Positions 25,887 through 35,987 of a stretch of DNA of 36,895 nucleotides are shown piece by piece. The stretch comes from an uncultured Bacilli bacterium (GTDB lineage Bacteria; Bacillota_I; Bacilli_A; RFN20; CAG-826). Each line of letters opens with the position of its first letter. The first letter of the stretch is position 1. The notes beneath the pieces were generated by a model. That model worked only from the letters and a program-made list of their open reading frames with translations. It did not search any database and was not told where the DNA came from. The stretch covers positions 1-36,895 of the forward strand of contig CAJOOD010000015.1 in assembly GCA_905236085.1 (NCBI GenBank), read 5' to 3'. The position numbers and the translations under genes are program-made.

Positions 25887-26669
25887 ATGGCCGCAAAATA
25901 CGTTATTAACAAAACTGCAACCGGTTATACCTTTGCACTCCAAGCCACTAACGGTCAAAACGTTGGTGTATCCCAAGTATTCAAAACACTTGAAGCTGCT
26001 CAAGCTGGTGTCGAATCCGTCCGTAAGGTCGCTTCCACTGCTGGAGTAGAAGACCAAACAGCTGAAGAAGTAAATAAGCTCGAAAATCCTAAATTTGAAT
26101 TATATAAGGATAAAAAGGGAGAATTCCGCTTCAGATTACTCGACACTGAAGGTCAAAATATTCTTGTTTCTGAAGGTTACACAACCTTAAAGGCTTGCCA
26201 AAACGGTATCGCTTCTGTCGCTAAGAATTCTGTTGCGGAAACAGTCCTCTTACCAGAAGAAGATGCTCCAAAAGCCGATGAAAGCAAAGAAGAGAAGGCT
26301 CCAAAAGCAGAAAAACCTGCTAAGAAAGCCAAAAAAGAAGCAAAGAAGGAAGAAGCAAAGAAAGGATTTGCTAAACCAACCTTCAAAGACTTAGAAGTCA
26401 TCATCCGTCCAGTCATCACTGAAAAGTCGATGTCCTTGATGCAAGATGAAAACAAAGTCACATTAGTCGTTAGACCTGACGCCAATAAGACTGAAATCAA
26501 ATTAGCATTCGAAAGAATCTATCAAGTTACAGTTACCAGTGTCAAAGTATCTAACGTCAAGCCTAAGACAACCACTCGTGGTACCAGATATCATGGCAAG
26601 ATCAGCGGTTATAAAAAGGCAGTCGTTACTATCGCAGAAGGCGAAGCAATCGACTTATTCAAAGAATAG
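25887..26669 (+). CDS. rplW: 50S ribosomal protein L23 with an N-terminal tandem YegP/DUF1508-like extension (260 aa)
   Basis: aa ~166-260 form a normal L23 core (IIRPVITEKSM..., YKKAVVTIAEGEAIDLF). aa 4-116 are two YegP-like repeats. The linker is K/A/E/P-rich. One uninterrupted ORF in the rplW slot. Confidence 0.9.
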   Translation: MAAKYVINKTATGYTFALQATNGQNVGVSQVFKTLEAAQAGVESVRKVASTAGVEDQTAEEVNKLENPKFELYKDKKGEFRFRLLDTEGQNILVSEGYTTLKACQNGIASVAKNSVAETVLLPEEDAPKADESKEEKAPKAEKPAKKAKKEAKKEEAKKGFAKPTFKDLEVIIRPVITEKSMSLMQDENKVTLVVRPDANKTEIKLAFERIYQVTVTSVKVSNVKPKTTTRGTRYHGKISGYKKAVVTIAEGEAIDLFKE

Positions 26670-26705
26670 TTTCAGAAACTATCACTAAATTATAGGAGAA
26701 AGTAA

Positions 26706-27542
26706 ATGTCAATAAGAAATTACAAACCTACGACACCAAGCCGTAGAAACATGACAAACGCGACATTTAGCGAAATTACCACATCCACTCCTGAAAAAAG
26801 TTTATTAGTCAAAAAGTCTAAGACAGGCGGTCGTAATAACCAAGGCGTTATCACAACCCGTCACATAGGTGGTGGACATAAGCAAAAATATCGTGTTATC
26901 GATTTTAAAAGAAATAAGGATAATATTCCTGCCGTCGTAAAGACAGTTGAATATGATCCAAACCGTAATGCTTACATCTGTTTAGTTGCCTATTTAGACG
27001 GTGAAAAACGTTACATCCTCTTCCCACAAGGATTAAAAGTGGGAGACAGAATTATCTCTGGCGAATCAGCGGATATCAAGCCAGGTAATGCGATGCCATT
27101 AAAATCCATTCCAGAAGGTACATTAATTCATAACATTGAATTGACTCCTGGCAAAGGTGGACAAATGGTAAGAGCCGCAGGAACAAGTGCTCAAGTACTC
27201 GGTTCCGAAGGCAAATATACCATCTTAAGACTTGCTTCTGGCGAACAAAGAAAAGTATTAGCCGCTTGCCGCGCCACTGTTGGTGTAGTTGGTAATGAAG
27301 ATTACAGCTTAATCAACAAGGGTAAAGCTGGTAAGACCAGATGGGAAGGCACTCGTCCAACAGTTCGTGGTTCCGTTATGAACCCAGTTGATCACCCACA
27401 TGGTGGTGGTGAAGGTAAATCCCCAGTTGGAAGAGATGCTCCAAGAACGCCATGGGGAAAGAGAGCCTTAGGCGTCAAGACTAGAAAACAAAAGAAATCT
27501 TCTACTAAATTAATTATGAAACGTAGAAGTTCAGGTAAATAA
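26706..27542 (+). CDS. rplB: 50S ribosomal protein L2
   Basis: [29 protein letters not shown]. Confidence 0.97.
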   Translation: MSIRNYKPTTPSRRNMTNATFSEITTSTPEKSLLVKKSKTGGRNNQGVITTRHIGGGHKQKYRVIDFKRNKDNIPAVVKTVEYDPNRNAYICLVAYLDGEKRYILFPQGLKVGDRIISGESADIKPGNAMPLKSIPEGTLIHNIELTPGKGGQMVRAAGTSAQVLGSEGKYTILRLASGEQRKVLAACRATVGVVGNEDYSLINKGKAGKTRWEGTRPTVRGSVMNPVDHPHGGGEGKSPVGRDAPRTPWGKRALGVKTRKQKKSSTKLIMKRRSSGK

Positions 27543-27562
27543 TCGTAAAGGAGGAAAATGAA

Positions 27563-27853
27563 ATGGCAAGAAGTTTGAAAAAAGGACCATTCGTCGATGC
27601 ATATCTTCTTAAAAAAGTCGAAGCTTTAGAAGCCGCGAACAAAAAAGAAATCATCAAGACATGGTCAAGAAGATCAACAATTTATCCAATCTTTGTCGGA
27701 CATACCTTTGCGGTTTATAACGGTAAAGAACATATCACTGTTTATGTTACCGAAGACATGGTTGGACATAAGTTAGGTGAATTCTCACCAACTAGAACAT
27801 TCTCAGGTCACCATGGTAACAATGCTGAAGATAAAGCAGCAGCGAAGAAATAG
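27563..27853 (+). CDS. rpsS: 30S ribosomal protein S19
   Basis: [25 protein letters not shown]. Confidence 0.97.
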   Translation: MARSLKKGPFVDAYLLKKVEALEAANKKEIIKTWSRRSTIYPIFVGHTFAVYNGKEHITVYVTEDMVGHKLGEFSPTRTFSGHHGNNAEDKAAAKK

Positions 27854-27861
27854 GAGGGCTT

Positions 27862-28365
27862 ATGGCAGAAGAAAAGAAAACCACAGTAGCGGAAGAAGAA
27901 AAAGCTACCAAGAAAAGTGCTGCTAAGAAAGCAGCTCCTAAAAAAGAAAAAGAAGTTAAAGAAGTAGAAGTTAAAGAATCCAAGAAGGAAAAGAAAGCTA
28001 AAAAGGTTGAAGAACCTGTCAAGCCAACTCCTACTGAAGCAAGAGCTACCGCTCGCGACGTTAGAGTCACACCACGTAAAGTGAGATTAGTAATCGATGT
28101 CGTTAGAGGAAAAGATGTTAAAGAAGCCTTAGGTATCCTTGGAAACTTGAATAAAGCCGCCAGCTTACCTGTCGCTAAATTAATTAAATCGGCAGCCGCT
28201 AATGCCACCAATAACTTCGGCTTAGATGAATCTAGATTATATATCGCAGAAATCTACGCTAACGATGGCATCAGAATGAAAAGATATCTTCCACGTGCTA
28301 AAGGTTCAGCATCTGGATTAGTAAAAAGAGCCAGCAACATCACTGTTGTGGTCAAAATGAGATAA
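27862..28365 (+). CDS. rplV: 50S ribosomal protein L22 with a ~58-aa K/E/A-rich N-terminal extension
   Basis: Core starts near ARATARDVRVTPRKVRLVIDVVRGK. 167 aa. Confidence 0.95.
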   Translation: MAEEKKTTVAEEEKATKKSAAKKAAPKKEKEVKEVEVKESKKEKKAKKVEEPVKPTPTEARATARDVRVTPRKVRLVIDVVRGKDVKEALGILGNLNKAASLPVAKLIKSAAANATNNFGLDESRLYIAEIYANDGIRMKRYLPRAKGSASGLVKRASNITVVVKMR

Positions 28366-28380
28366 GGAGACGAGAAATAT

Positions 28381-29052
28381 ATGGGTCAAAAAGTAAATCC
28401 AGTTGGTATGCGTATTGGCGTGAATCGTAATTGGAATTCTCGCTGGTATGCTAATGATCAACAATATAACGTCTTCTTAAATGAAGATATCAAAATTCGT
28501 GAATTCTTAGTCAAAGAATTAAAAGACGCTGGTTTGTCTCACGTCGAAATCGAAAGACAAAAAACCGATAAGGGCCAAAACGTTATCATCTTATTGCACG
28601 TTTCTCGTCCAGGTGTTGTCATCGGTGAAAAAGGCGCAAATATTAATGCCTTAAAGACAAAATTATTAAAATTAATTAAAAACGGTACCTTAAGAGTAGA
28701 CGTCATCGAAGTCAAACAACCTGACTTAGATGCTACATTAGTCGCTCAAGATATCGCTAGACAATTAGAAGCCCGTGCTTCCTTTAGAACTGTGCAAAAG
28801 AAAGCTATTCAAAGAGTTCGTAAAGCTGGCGCTAAAGGATGTAAGACCTTATTAAGCGGTCGTTTAGGTGGAGCAGAAATCGCTCGTAGTGAAGGTTATA
28901 AAGATGGCATCATCCCACTTCAAACATTACGTAGTGATATCGACTTCGCCGTTGCGGAAGCAGCGACAACTTATGGTAGAATCGGCGTTAAAGTCTGGAT
29001 CTGCCGCGGTGATTATGCACGTGCGAAAAAGAATAATAAGGAAGGAGAATAA
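28381..29052 (+). CDS. rpsC: 30S ribosomal protein S3
   Basis: [13 protein letters not shown] and a KH-domain region. Confidence 0.97.
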   Translation: MGQKVNPVGMRIGVNRNWNSRWYANDQQYNVFLNEDIKIREFLVKELKDAGLSHVEIERQKTDKGQNVIILLHVSRPGVVIGEKGANINALKTKLLKLIKNGTLRVDVIEVKQPDLDATLVAQDIARQLEARASFRTVQKKAIQRVRKAGAKGCKTLLSGRLGGAEIARSEGYKDGIIPLQTLRSDIDFAVAEAATTYGRIGVKVWICRGDYARAKKNNKEGE

Positions 29053-29057
29053 CCGAT

Positions 29058-29471
29058 ATGTTACAACCAAAAAGAGTTAAATATCGTCGTCCACATAGAG
29101 TCTACTATGAAGGTCGTTCTAAAGCGGGTAACAAAGTCGATTTCGGTGAATTCGGCCTTCAAGCCCAAGAAGGAGCATGGATTACCGCTAATCAAATCGA
29201 AGCGGCTCGTATTGTTCTTTCTAGATATACTAACCGTCAAGGTCAAGTATGGATTAGAATCTTCCCACATATTGGTAAAACCGTAAAAGCTGCCGGTACT
29301 CGTATGGGTTCTGGTAAAGGTAATCCAGAAAAGTGGGTGGCAGTTGTTAAGACTGGCAGAGTCATGTTTGAAATCGGTGGCGTCTCTGAAGAAGCTGCTA
29401 GAGAAGCATTAAGACTTGCCTCTTATAAACTCCCAGTTAAATGCAAAATTGTTACAAAGGAGAGTAAATAA
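29058..29471 (+). CDS. rplP: 50S ribosomal protein L16
   Basis: [11 protein letters not shown]..., GTRMGSGKG. Confidence 0.97.
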   Translation: MLQPKRVKYRRPHRVYYEGRSKAGNKVDFGEFGLQAQEGAWITANQIEAARIVLSRYTNRQGQVWIRIFPHIGKTVKAAGTRMGSGKGNPEKWVAVVKTGRVMFEIGGVSEEAAREALRLASYKLPVKCKIVTKESK

Positions 29472-29473
29472 GT

Positions 29474-29674
29474 ATGAAACTAAGCGAAATCCGTGAATTA
29501 TCTACTAGCGAATTAAACGCTAAAGTATATGAACTTAAAGAACAACTCTTCGAACTTCGTCGTAAAAAAGCAGTGGGTGCTCTTGAACACGGTGAAGAAG
29601 TAGCAAGAGTTAGAAAAGATATCGCAAGATGTCTCACCGTTCTTAGAGAAAGAGAACTTGGAATTAATAAATAA
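29474..29674 (+). CDS. rpmC: 50S ribosomal protein L29
   Basis: IRELSTSELNAKVYELKEQLFELR. Confidence 0.95.
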   Translation: MKLSEIRELSTSELNAKVYELKEQLFELRRKKAVGALEHGEEVARVRKDIARCLTVLRERELGINK

Positions 29675-29687
29675 GGAGGAGCGATAA

Positions 29688-29990
29688 ATGGAAAGAAATA
29701 CTAGAAGATCTATTCAAGGCGTAGTCGTATCTAATAAGAACGATAAAACCATCGTCGTCCTTGTTGAAACCCACAAAAAAGATAGCAAATATGGAAAACG
29801 TGTGAAATACTCGAAAAAATATTATGCTCACGATGAAAAAAATGAAGCTAACGTTGGCGATACCGTCACCATTATGGAAACAAGACCATTAAGTGCGACA
29901 AAACGCTTCCGTTTAGTCTCCATCGATAAAAAGGCTATTGATAATGTCGTAGTCGATGATGAAAAAGAAACCAAAGAGGAGGCCGAATAA
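29688..29990 (+). CDS. rpsQ: 30S ribosomal protein S17 (acidic C-terminal tail)
   Basis: [33 protein letters not shown]. Confidence 0.95.
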   Translation: MERNTRRSIQGVVVSNKNDKTIVVLVETHKKDSKYGKRVKYSKKYYAHDEKNEANVGDTVTIMETRPLSATKRFRLVSIDKKAIDNVVVDDEKETKEEAE

Positions 29991-29992
29991 TT

Positions 29993-30370
29993 ATGATTCA
30001 AACCGAAACAAATTTAGTGGTTGCTGATAATTCTGGTGCCAAATCTGTTAGAGTCTTCCGTTTATATGGCGGTAGTCATAGAAGAAGTGCTTCCATCGGC
30101 GACGTTGTCTTATGCTCAGTCAAAGATGCCATTCCAAATGGCAAAGTTAAAAAGGGTGATGTTGTTAAAGCGGTTATCGTTAGAACATCTTACCCAATTC
30201 AAAGAGCGGATGGTTCAACCTTAAGATTCGACGACAATGCATGTGTCATCATCAACGATGATTCTGCTCCTGTCGGTACTCGTGTCTTTGGTCCAGTAGC
30301 TCGTGAATTAAGAGATAAAGGCGTTGAAGGGTTCATGAAAATTGTTTCTTTAGCCCCAGAAGTCTTATAA
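29993..30370 (+). CDS. rplN: 50S ribosomal protein L14
   Basis: [17 protein letters not shown]. Confidence 0.97.
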   Translation: MIQTETNLVVADNSGAKSVRVFRLYGGSHRRSASIGDVVLCSVKDAIPNGKVKKGDVVKAVIVRTSYPIQRADGSTLRFDDNACVIINDDSAPVGTRVFGPVARELRDKGVEGFMKIVSLAPEVL

Positions 30371-30383
30371 GGAGGAAAGCGAT

Positions 30384-30692
30384 ATGAATATCAAAAAAGG
30401 CGATAAAGTTATTGTCATCGCTGGCCGCGACAAGACAAAGACTGGTGTGGTTCAAGTTGTCTATCCTAAACTCAATAAAGTTGTAGTGGAAGGTGTCAAC
30501 TTAAGAAAGAAACATAAAAAACCAACTCAACAAAATCCAGAAGGAACAATTGTTGAAATCTATGCGCCAATCGATGCAAGTAATGTTGCGCTTCTCGATC
30601 CAAAAACTAAAAAAGCAACAAGAGTTTCCGTTAAGGAAGTCAAAGGTAAAAAAGTTAGAGTCACTAAAGCTAGTGGCACTCAACTAGATTAA
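30384..30692 (+). CDS. rplX: 50S ribosomal protein L24
   Basis: [19 protein letters not shown] (KOW motif). Confidence 0.95.
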   Translation: MNIKKGDKVIVIAGRDKTKTGVVQVVYPKLNKVVVEGVNLRKKHKKPTQQNPEGTIVEIYAPIDASNVALLDPKTKKATRVSVKEVKGKKVRVTKASGTQLD

Positions 30693-30702
30693 GGAGGGTA
30701 TC

Positions 30703-31293
30703 ATGGCAGAAGAAAAGAAAGTCGCAGCCAAGAAAGCTGCTCCTGAAAAAGTCGAAAACCGTGTGAAAGCTAAATATGAAAACGAAGTCAAAAAGGCTTT
30801 AGTGGAAAAATTTGCTTACACATCCGTTATGCAAGTCCCTGCTTTGAAGAAGATTGTCATCAATGTCGGTGTCGGTGATGCCTTACAAGATGCCAAACGT
30901 TTAGAAGAAGCAGTCGCAGAATTGACCTTAATCTCTGGACAAAAACCAGTTATTACCAAAGCCAAAAAGTCCATCGCTAACTATAAGTTAAGAGAAGGAC
31001 AAGAAATCGGCGCTAAAGTTGATTTACACGGTGCAAGAATGTATGAATTCTTCGATAAATTAGTTTCCATCGTCTTACCACGTGTTAGAGACTTTAGAGG
31101 TGTCAATCCAAATGCCTTTGATGGTAGAGGTAATTACACCTTAGGTGTCAAGGAACAATCCATCTTCCCAGAAATCGAATATGATAAGATTTCTAAAATC
31201 AGAGGTATGGATATCGTCATTGTCACCAGTGCAAAGACTGATAAAGAAGCATACGAATTACTTAAATTATTAGGTATGCCATTTTCTAGATAA
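30703..31293 (+). CDS. rplE: 50S ribosomal protein L5 with a ~17-aa K/A/E-rich N-terminal extension
   Basis: [29 protein letters not shown]. Confidence 0.96.
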   Translation: MAEEKKVAAKKAAPEKVENRVKAKYENEVKKALVEKFAYTSVMQVPALKKIVINVGVGDALQDAKRLEEAVAELTLISGQKPVITKAKKSIANYKLREGQEIGAKVDLHGARMYEFFDKLVSIVLPRVRDFRGVNPNAFDGRGNYTLGVKEQSIFPEIEYDKISKIRGMDIVIVTSAKTDKEAYELLKLLGMPFSR

Positions 31294-31313
31294 GGGAGGG
31301 AAGACGAAAAACT

Positions 31314-31499
31314 ATGGCTAAAACAAGTAAAAGAGTCAGCTGTGCGAAAAAACAAAAATTCGCCGTTAGAGAATATACTCGTTGTGAACGTTGTGGACGT
31401 CCTCACTCCGTATATTCAAAATTCCATTTATGCCGTGTTTGCTTAAGAGAATTAGCATACAAGGGTGAAATTCCTGGCATGAAGAAATCATCTTGGTAA
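31314..31499 (+). CDS. rpsN: 30S ribosomal protein S14, zinc-binding type Z (61 aa)
   Basis: CERCGRP...CRVCLRE (CxxC...CxxC), C-terminal KSSW. Confidence 0.95.
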   Translation: MAKTSKRVSCAKKQKFAVREYTRCERCGRPHSVYSKFHLCRVCLRELAYKGEIPGMKKSSW

Positions 31500-31517
31500 T
31501 AGGAGGTATAACTAGTT

Positions 31518-31910
31518 ATGATGACAGATCCAATTGCGGATATGCTTACCCGCATCAGAAACGCCAATCAACTTCGCGCCGAAAGCGTTAAAATGCCTTC
31601 CAGCAAGATGAAAGTTGAAATCGCGAAAATCTTAAAAGAAGAAGGTTTCATCGTTGACTATAAAGTCGAAGGTGATGCTAAAAAAGTATTAACAATTACA
31701 CTTAAATACGCCGCGAACGGTGAAAGAGTAATTTCTGGATTAAAGAAAATCTCTAAACCAGGTTTACGTGTCAACGTCGGCGCTGATAAGATTCAACCAG
31801 TCTTAAAAGGCTTAGGTATCTCTATCATCTCTACCTCTAAGGGTGTTATGACAGGTAACCAAGCTAAGACATTAGGTATCGGTGGCGAAGTTATCGCCTA
31901 CGTCTGGTAA
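31518..31910 (+). CDS. rpsH: 30S ribosomal protein S8
   Basis: [21 protein letters not shown] at 31501-31506. Confidence 0.97.
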   Translation: MMTDPIADMLTRIRNANQLRAESVKMPSSKMKVEIAKILKEEGFIVDYKVEGDAKKVLTITLKYAANGERVISGLKKISKPGLRVNVGADKIQPVLKGLGISIISTSKGVMTGNQAKTLGIGGEVIAYVW

Positions 31911-31923
31911 TGGAGGATGATTT

Positions 31924-32481
31924 ATGTCAAGAATTGGTAATAAATTAATCACTATTCCCGCTGGTGTTACTCTAGATATCAATGGACGCAATGTCCACGT
32001 CAAAGGACCTAAGGGTGAATTAGATGTCTTATTAAATGAAGGCATCACCGCGGAAGTCGAAGGCACAAACGTTTCTGTTAAACGTGCTAACGATGAAAAG
32101 CAAATTAAACAAAACCATGGTACTAGCCGCGCTAATTTACACAACGCTATCGTTGGTGTATCCGAAGGCTATACCAAAACTCTAGTCATGATCGGTATTG
32201 GTTATAAGGCGGTAATGCATGGAGAAGATATTGAAATTTTCGCCGGTTACTCTCATACCATTACCATTAAACCTGAAAAAGGTGTTAAACTAGAAGTTAA
32301 GGTTGTTGCTAATAACAACGAAATCTATGTCTCTGGTATCGATAAACAAGCCGTTGGTCAAACCGCTGCGCTGATTAGAAATATCAGAAGACCTGAACCT
32401 TACTTAGGTAAAGGTATCAGATATAAGGGTGAACACATTGCCTTAAAAGAAGGTAAACGTGCTACCGCAGGTAAGAAATAA
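31924..32481 (+). CDS. rplF: 50S ribosomal protein L6
   Basis: MSRIGNKLITIPAGV, PEPYLGKGIRYKGE. Confidence 0.97.
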   Translation: MSRIGNKLITIPAGVTLDINGRNVHVKGPKGELDVLLNEGITAEVEGTNVSVKRANDEKQIKQNHGTSRANLHNAIVGVSEGYTKTLVMIGIGYKAVMHGEDIEIFAGYSHTITIKPEKGVKLEVKVVANNNEIYVSGIDKQAVGQTAALIRNIRRPEPYLGKGIRYKGEHIALKEGKRATAGKK

Positions 32482-32499
32482 GGAGGTTAGGAGAATATT

Positions 32500-32856
32500 A
32501 TGATTAAACAAGAATCTAAGAATGTCGCTCGTGTCCGTAGACATAAACGTGTCAGAGCCAAAATATCCGGCACTCCAACTTGCCCAAGATTATGCGTATA
32601 TCGTTCTAATAAGAACATCTCTGCGCAAATCATTGATGATGTCAATGGTGTCACATTAGTGGCTTCTAGCTCTAATGGCTTAAAATTAGAAAATGGTTCT
32701 AATATTGCTGCCGCTGCAGCAGTGGGCAAAGACATCGCAGAAAAAGCCTTAGCAAAGAAGATTGAAACTGTTGTCTTCGATCGTTCTGGTTATGTATACC
32801 ATGGCCGTGTTGCCTCTTTAGCGGAAGCCGCTAGAGAAGCCGGTCTCAAGTTCTAG
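32500..32856 (+). CDS. rplR: 50S ribosomal protein L18
   Basis: [44 protein letters not shown]. Confidence 0.97.
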   Translation: MIKQESKNVARVRRHKRVRAKISGTPTCPRLCVYRSNKNISAQIIDDVNGVTLVASSSNGLKLENGSNIAAAAAVGKDIAEKALAKKIETVVFDRSGYVYHGRVASLAEAAREAGLKF

Positions 32857-32865
32857 GAGGAATTT

Positions 32866-33483
32866 ATGGCAGAAGAAGAAAAATTAGTTGCTCCAGAAGC
32901 TAGTGAAGCTCCTAAAGCAGAAAATACAGAAGCCGCCGCTCAAGGCGAAAAAAGAGGCGAAAGACGTCCAAGACGTGATGCACGCCCAAATAAACGCAGT
33001 CCAAGAAATGACCGCGCTGAAAAGAAAGAATATGAAGAAAGAGTCGTCGCCATTAACAAAGTCTGTAAGACTGTTAAAGGTGGACGTAGAATGAAATTCT
33101 CCGCCTTAGTGGTTATTGGTGATGGAAAAGGCAAATACGGTTTTGGTACCGGTAAAGCTGGTGAAGTCCCAGATGCTATTAAGAAAGCCTTAGAAACTGC
33201 GAAGAAGAATATGTTCACTCTTCATATCACAAAAAATGGTACCTTATCCCATGAAGTAGTTGGTAAATTCGGTGCTTGTACCGTATTCTTAAAACCCGCT
33301 CCTGAAGGTACTGGTATCATCGCTGGTGGCCCAGTCCGTGCTATCCTTGAATTAGCAGGTGTTCGTAACGTCTGTTCTAAAGTCTATGGTAGCCGTGCTC
33401 CAATCAATATCATCAGAGCCACCAATCAGGGTTTAGAATCCATCCATACATACGCTCAAGTTAAAGCGTTACGTGGTAAATAG
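32866..33483 (+). CDS. rpsE: 30S ribosomal protein S5 with a ~45-aa charged N-terminal extension
   Basis: [29 protein letters not shown]. 205 aa. Confidence 0.96.
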   Translation: MAEEEKLVAPEASEAPKAENTEAAAQGEKRGERRPRRDARPNKRSPRNDRAEKKEYEERVVAINKVCKTVKGGRRMKFSALVVIGDGKGKYGFGTGKAGEVPDAIKKALETAKKNMFTLHITKNGTLSHEVVGKFGACTVFLKPAPEGTGIIAGGPVRAILELAGVRNVCSKVYGSRAPINIIRATNQGLESIHTYAQVKALRGK

Positions 33484-33509
33484 TCGAGCTCATTTAGGAG
33501 GTGTAATAA

Positions 33510-33950
33510 ATGAAATTAAATACACTAAAAGCCAATGAAGGCTCCAGAAAATCTCCATACCGCGTTGGTAGAGGCGTTGGTTCTGGCAACGGAAAGACTT
33601 CCGGCGCTGGACAAAAAGGCCAAAATGCTCGTAGCGGTGGTGGCGTTGCTCTCGGTTTTGAAGGTGGCCAAATGCCAATTTACCGTCGTTTACCAAAACG
33701 CGGCTTCAAAAATGTTAACCGTTTAGAATACGCTGTTGTCAATGTTGGTAAATTAAATCTCTTTGAAGATGGTGCAACTGTTTCTCCAGTTGAATTAGTG
33801 GAAAAGGGTTTAATCTCCGCCAAACATGGTGCAGTTAAGGTTTTAGGTGGTGGTGAACTCACCAAGAAATTAACTGTTCAAGTTGACGCATTCTCTAAAT
33901 CTGCTCAAGAAGCTATTGAAAAAGCTGGTGGTAAAGCTGAGGTAAGATAA
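33510..33950 (+). CDS. rplO: 50S ribosomal protein L15
   Basis: [14 protein letters not shown]...[24 protein letters not shown]. Follows rpsE directly. Confidence 0.97.
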   Translation: MKLNTLKANEGSRKSPYRVGRGVGSGNGKTSGAGQKGQNARSGGGVALGFEGGQMPIYRRLPKRGFKNVNRLEYAVVNVGKLNLFEDGATVSPVELVEKGLISAKHGAVKVLGGGELTKKLTVQVDAFSKSAQEAIEKAGGKAEVR

Positions 33951-33951
33951 G

Positions 33952-35328
33952 ATGAAGAAAATTGTTGCCATCTTCAAAAACAAGGAAATCGTCAACAGAA
34001 TTTTCTTCACGATCATCATCTTGTTCATCTTCCGTATCGGTGCGCAAATAACCGTACCAGGTGTAACAATTCAGGGTGATTTAAACTCTTATTTGTCCGG
34101 CAACAATGCTCTCGCTTTAATGAATCTATTAGGTGGTGGCACTTTACAAACATTCTCAATATTTGCTCTAGGTGTCTCCCCCTACATTACAGCGCAGATC
34201 ATTATCCAGTTACTATCTACTGATGTTCTTCCTGCGATGACTGAGCTCAAGAGGCAAGGTCAATATGGTAGGAAGAAAATCGAGATGGCTACTAGATATC
34301 TCACCCTATTGCTCGGAGCAGTGCAAGCGTATGGTATTATCCGTACGATGCAAAGCGGAACCTATTCATCTTATATTACATTTACATTATTAGATAATCT
34401 TGGTTCCAATATGGAATGGCTAGGATACATCTATATTGTCTTAGTCATGCTAGCAGGTACAATGCTGGTCATGTGGTTAGGTGACCAAATATCCGTTAAA
34501 GGTATTGGTAATGGTATATCTGTTATCATCTTCGCGGGTATTGTTAGATCCTTACCAACTCAAATGGTTACAGCATTCCAGACCTGGGTTGTGCAAAACT
34601 GGGGTACCGGTAACGAAGTTAAAGGTATCTTCCAATTCTTGCTTTACATCTTAGTCTATCTCCTCATCGTGGCCTTTGTTGTCTTTACAGAATTGGCCAA
34701 GAGAAAGATTCCTGTTCAACATTCAGGAAAATCTGGAGGGCAGACGCAGTCGATGGCTAAAGCCTCATTCTTGCCTATCAAGATTAATCCAGCCGGGGTT
34801 ATTCCAGTAATCTTTGCTTCTTCAATCATGATGGCACCAAGTGTTGTAGTAGCCTTCATCGACGCTAATCAAACCAACGCTGAGTGGTTAAAGATATTCT
34901 CTAATTCGGAATTATTCCCAATGCCAGGTGGATGGTATATGCCTTGGGGTCTAATAATCTATATTGTCCTCATCCTATTCTTCACCTTCTTCTATGCGAA
35001 TATCACCATTAACCCTCAACAACTCGCAGAAAACTTCCAAAAGAATGGTTCCTATATTCCTGGGATTCGTCCTGGTAATGAAACCGAAAGATATGTCAAG
35101 AAAGTGTTAAATAGAGTCACTGTTATCGGTGCTTTAGCTCTAACATTTATCGCGGCATTACCAGTGGTGCTTAACTTACTTAACGTATTTGGTTCAGCAT
35201 CCTCACTCGCTTTAGGCGGTACTGGTGTAATCATTATGGTTGGTGTTGCTATTGAAATCGGCAATCAAATCGATGGATTGCTCGCTGGTAAATCATTCGA
35301 TGAAGTTGTTGCAGGAGGAGGTAACTAA
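33952..35328 (+). CDS. secY: Preprotein translocase subunit SecY
   Basis: Multi-pass membrane protein with LGVSPYITAQIIIQLL, in the canonical position after rplO. Confidence 0.96.
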   Translation: MKKIVAIFKNKEIVNRIFFTIIILFIFRIGAQITVPGVTIQGDLNSYLSGNNALALMNLLGGGTLQTFSIFALGVSPYITAQIIIQLLSTDVLPAMTELKRQGQYGRKKIEMATRYLTLLLGAVQAYGIIRTMQSGTYSSYITFTLLDNLGSNMEWLGYIYIVLVMLAGTMLVMWLGDQISVKGIGNGISVIIFAGIVRSLPTQMVTAFQTWVVQNWGTGNEVKGIFQFLLYILVYLLIVAFVVFTELAKRKIPVQHSGKSGGQTQSMAKASFLPIKINPAGVIPVIFASSIMMAPSVVVAFIDANQTNAEWLKIFSNSELFPMPGGWYMPWGLIIYIVLILFFTFFYANITINPQQLAENFQKNGSYIPGIRPGNETERYVKKVLNRVTVIGALALTFIAALPVVLNLLNVFGSASSLALGGTGVIIMVGVAIEIGNQIDGLLAGKSFDEVVAGGGN

Positions 35329-35981
35329 TGTTAAAGAATATTATTTTAATGGGCCCTCCAGGTGCTGGTAAGGGTACCCAAGCTAAGAAATTAGTCACTG
35401 GCTTTAATCTCATTCATATCTCTACAGGTGATATGTTTAGAGATGCAATTAAGGCTGGTACTGAACTTGGCAAATTAGCTCAATCATACATCGAAAGAGG
35501 TGATCTAGTACCTGATGAAGTCACTATTGGCATTGTCAAAGAAAGATTAGCTCAAGATGATTGCGCAAAAGGATTTCTATTAGATGGATTCCCAAGAACT
35601 ATTCCTCAAGCGGAAGCTCTTTCGGAATTAAGCAAAGAAATCAAACGTCCAATCGATGTGGTCATCAATATCGATTGTGACAAAGATGAATTGATTAGAA
35701 GAATTTCTGGTCGTCGCGTTTGTAAGAGTTGTGGCGCTCCATATCACGTGGAAACCATGAGACCTAAAGTCGAAGGTGTATGTGATTTATGTGGCGGTGA
35801 ACTCATGCAAAGAAAAGATGACAATAAAGACGCTTTAGAAGTTCGTCTATCACATTATGTTCACGATACCAAACCATTATTAGATTATTATGCTAACTTA
35901 GGTTTGCTTAAGACTTATGATGGTGCTATGGGAAGTGAAAAGCTCTTTGATGAATTAACTAAATTAATCAAAGGAGAATAA
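35328..35981 (+). CDS. adk: Adenylate kinase (Zn-lid type)
   Basis: GPPGAGKGTQA. Lid CKSC...CDLC. The ATG overlaps the secY TAA. Confidence 0.96.
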   Translation: MLKNIILMGPPGAGKGTQAKKLVTGFNLIHISTGDMFRDAIKAGTELGKLAQSYIERGDLVPDEVTIGIVKERLAQDDCAKGFLLDGFPRTIPQAEALSELSKEIKRPIDVVINIDCDKDELIRRISGRRVCKSCGAPYHVETMRPKVEGVCDLCGGELMQRKDDNKDALEVRLSHYVHDTKPLLDYYANLGLLKTYDGAMGSEKLFDELTKLIKGE

Positions 35982-35987
35982 TTGCTA

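Noticed and set aside
26177-28211. Minus-strand ORFs 26177-26500 (107 aa) and 27792-28211 (139 aa) opposite rplW and rplV
   Set aside because: They are mirror images of the K/E/A-rich coding repeats (AAG/GAA read antisense gives F/L/S-rich open frames). They are embedded in conserved ribosomal protein genes.
24846-33726. Alternative-frame plus-strand ORFs inside r-protein genes (24846-25061, 28868-29080, 30021-30224, 32888-33094, 33535-33726) and the minus-strand ORF 33490-33696
   Set aside because: All are nested within genes whose main frame carries unmistakable ribosomal protein motifs. They lack independent start signals. 33490-33696 is not an L30 substitute.
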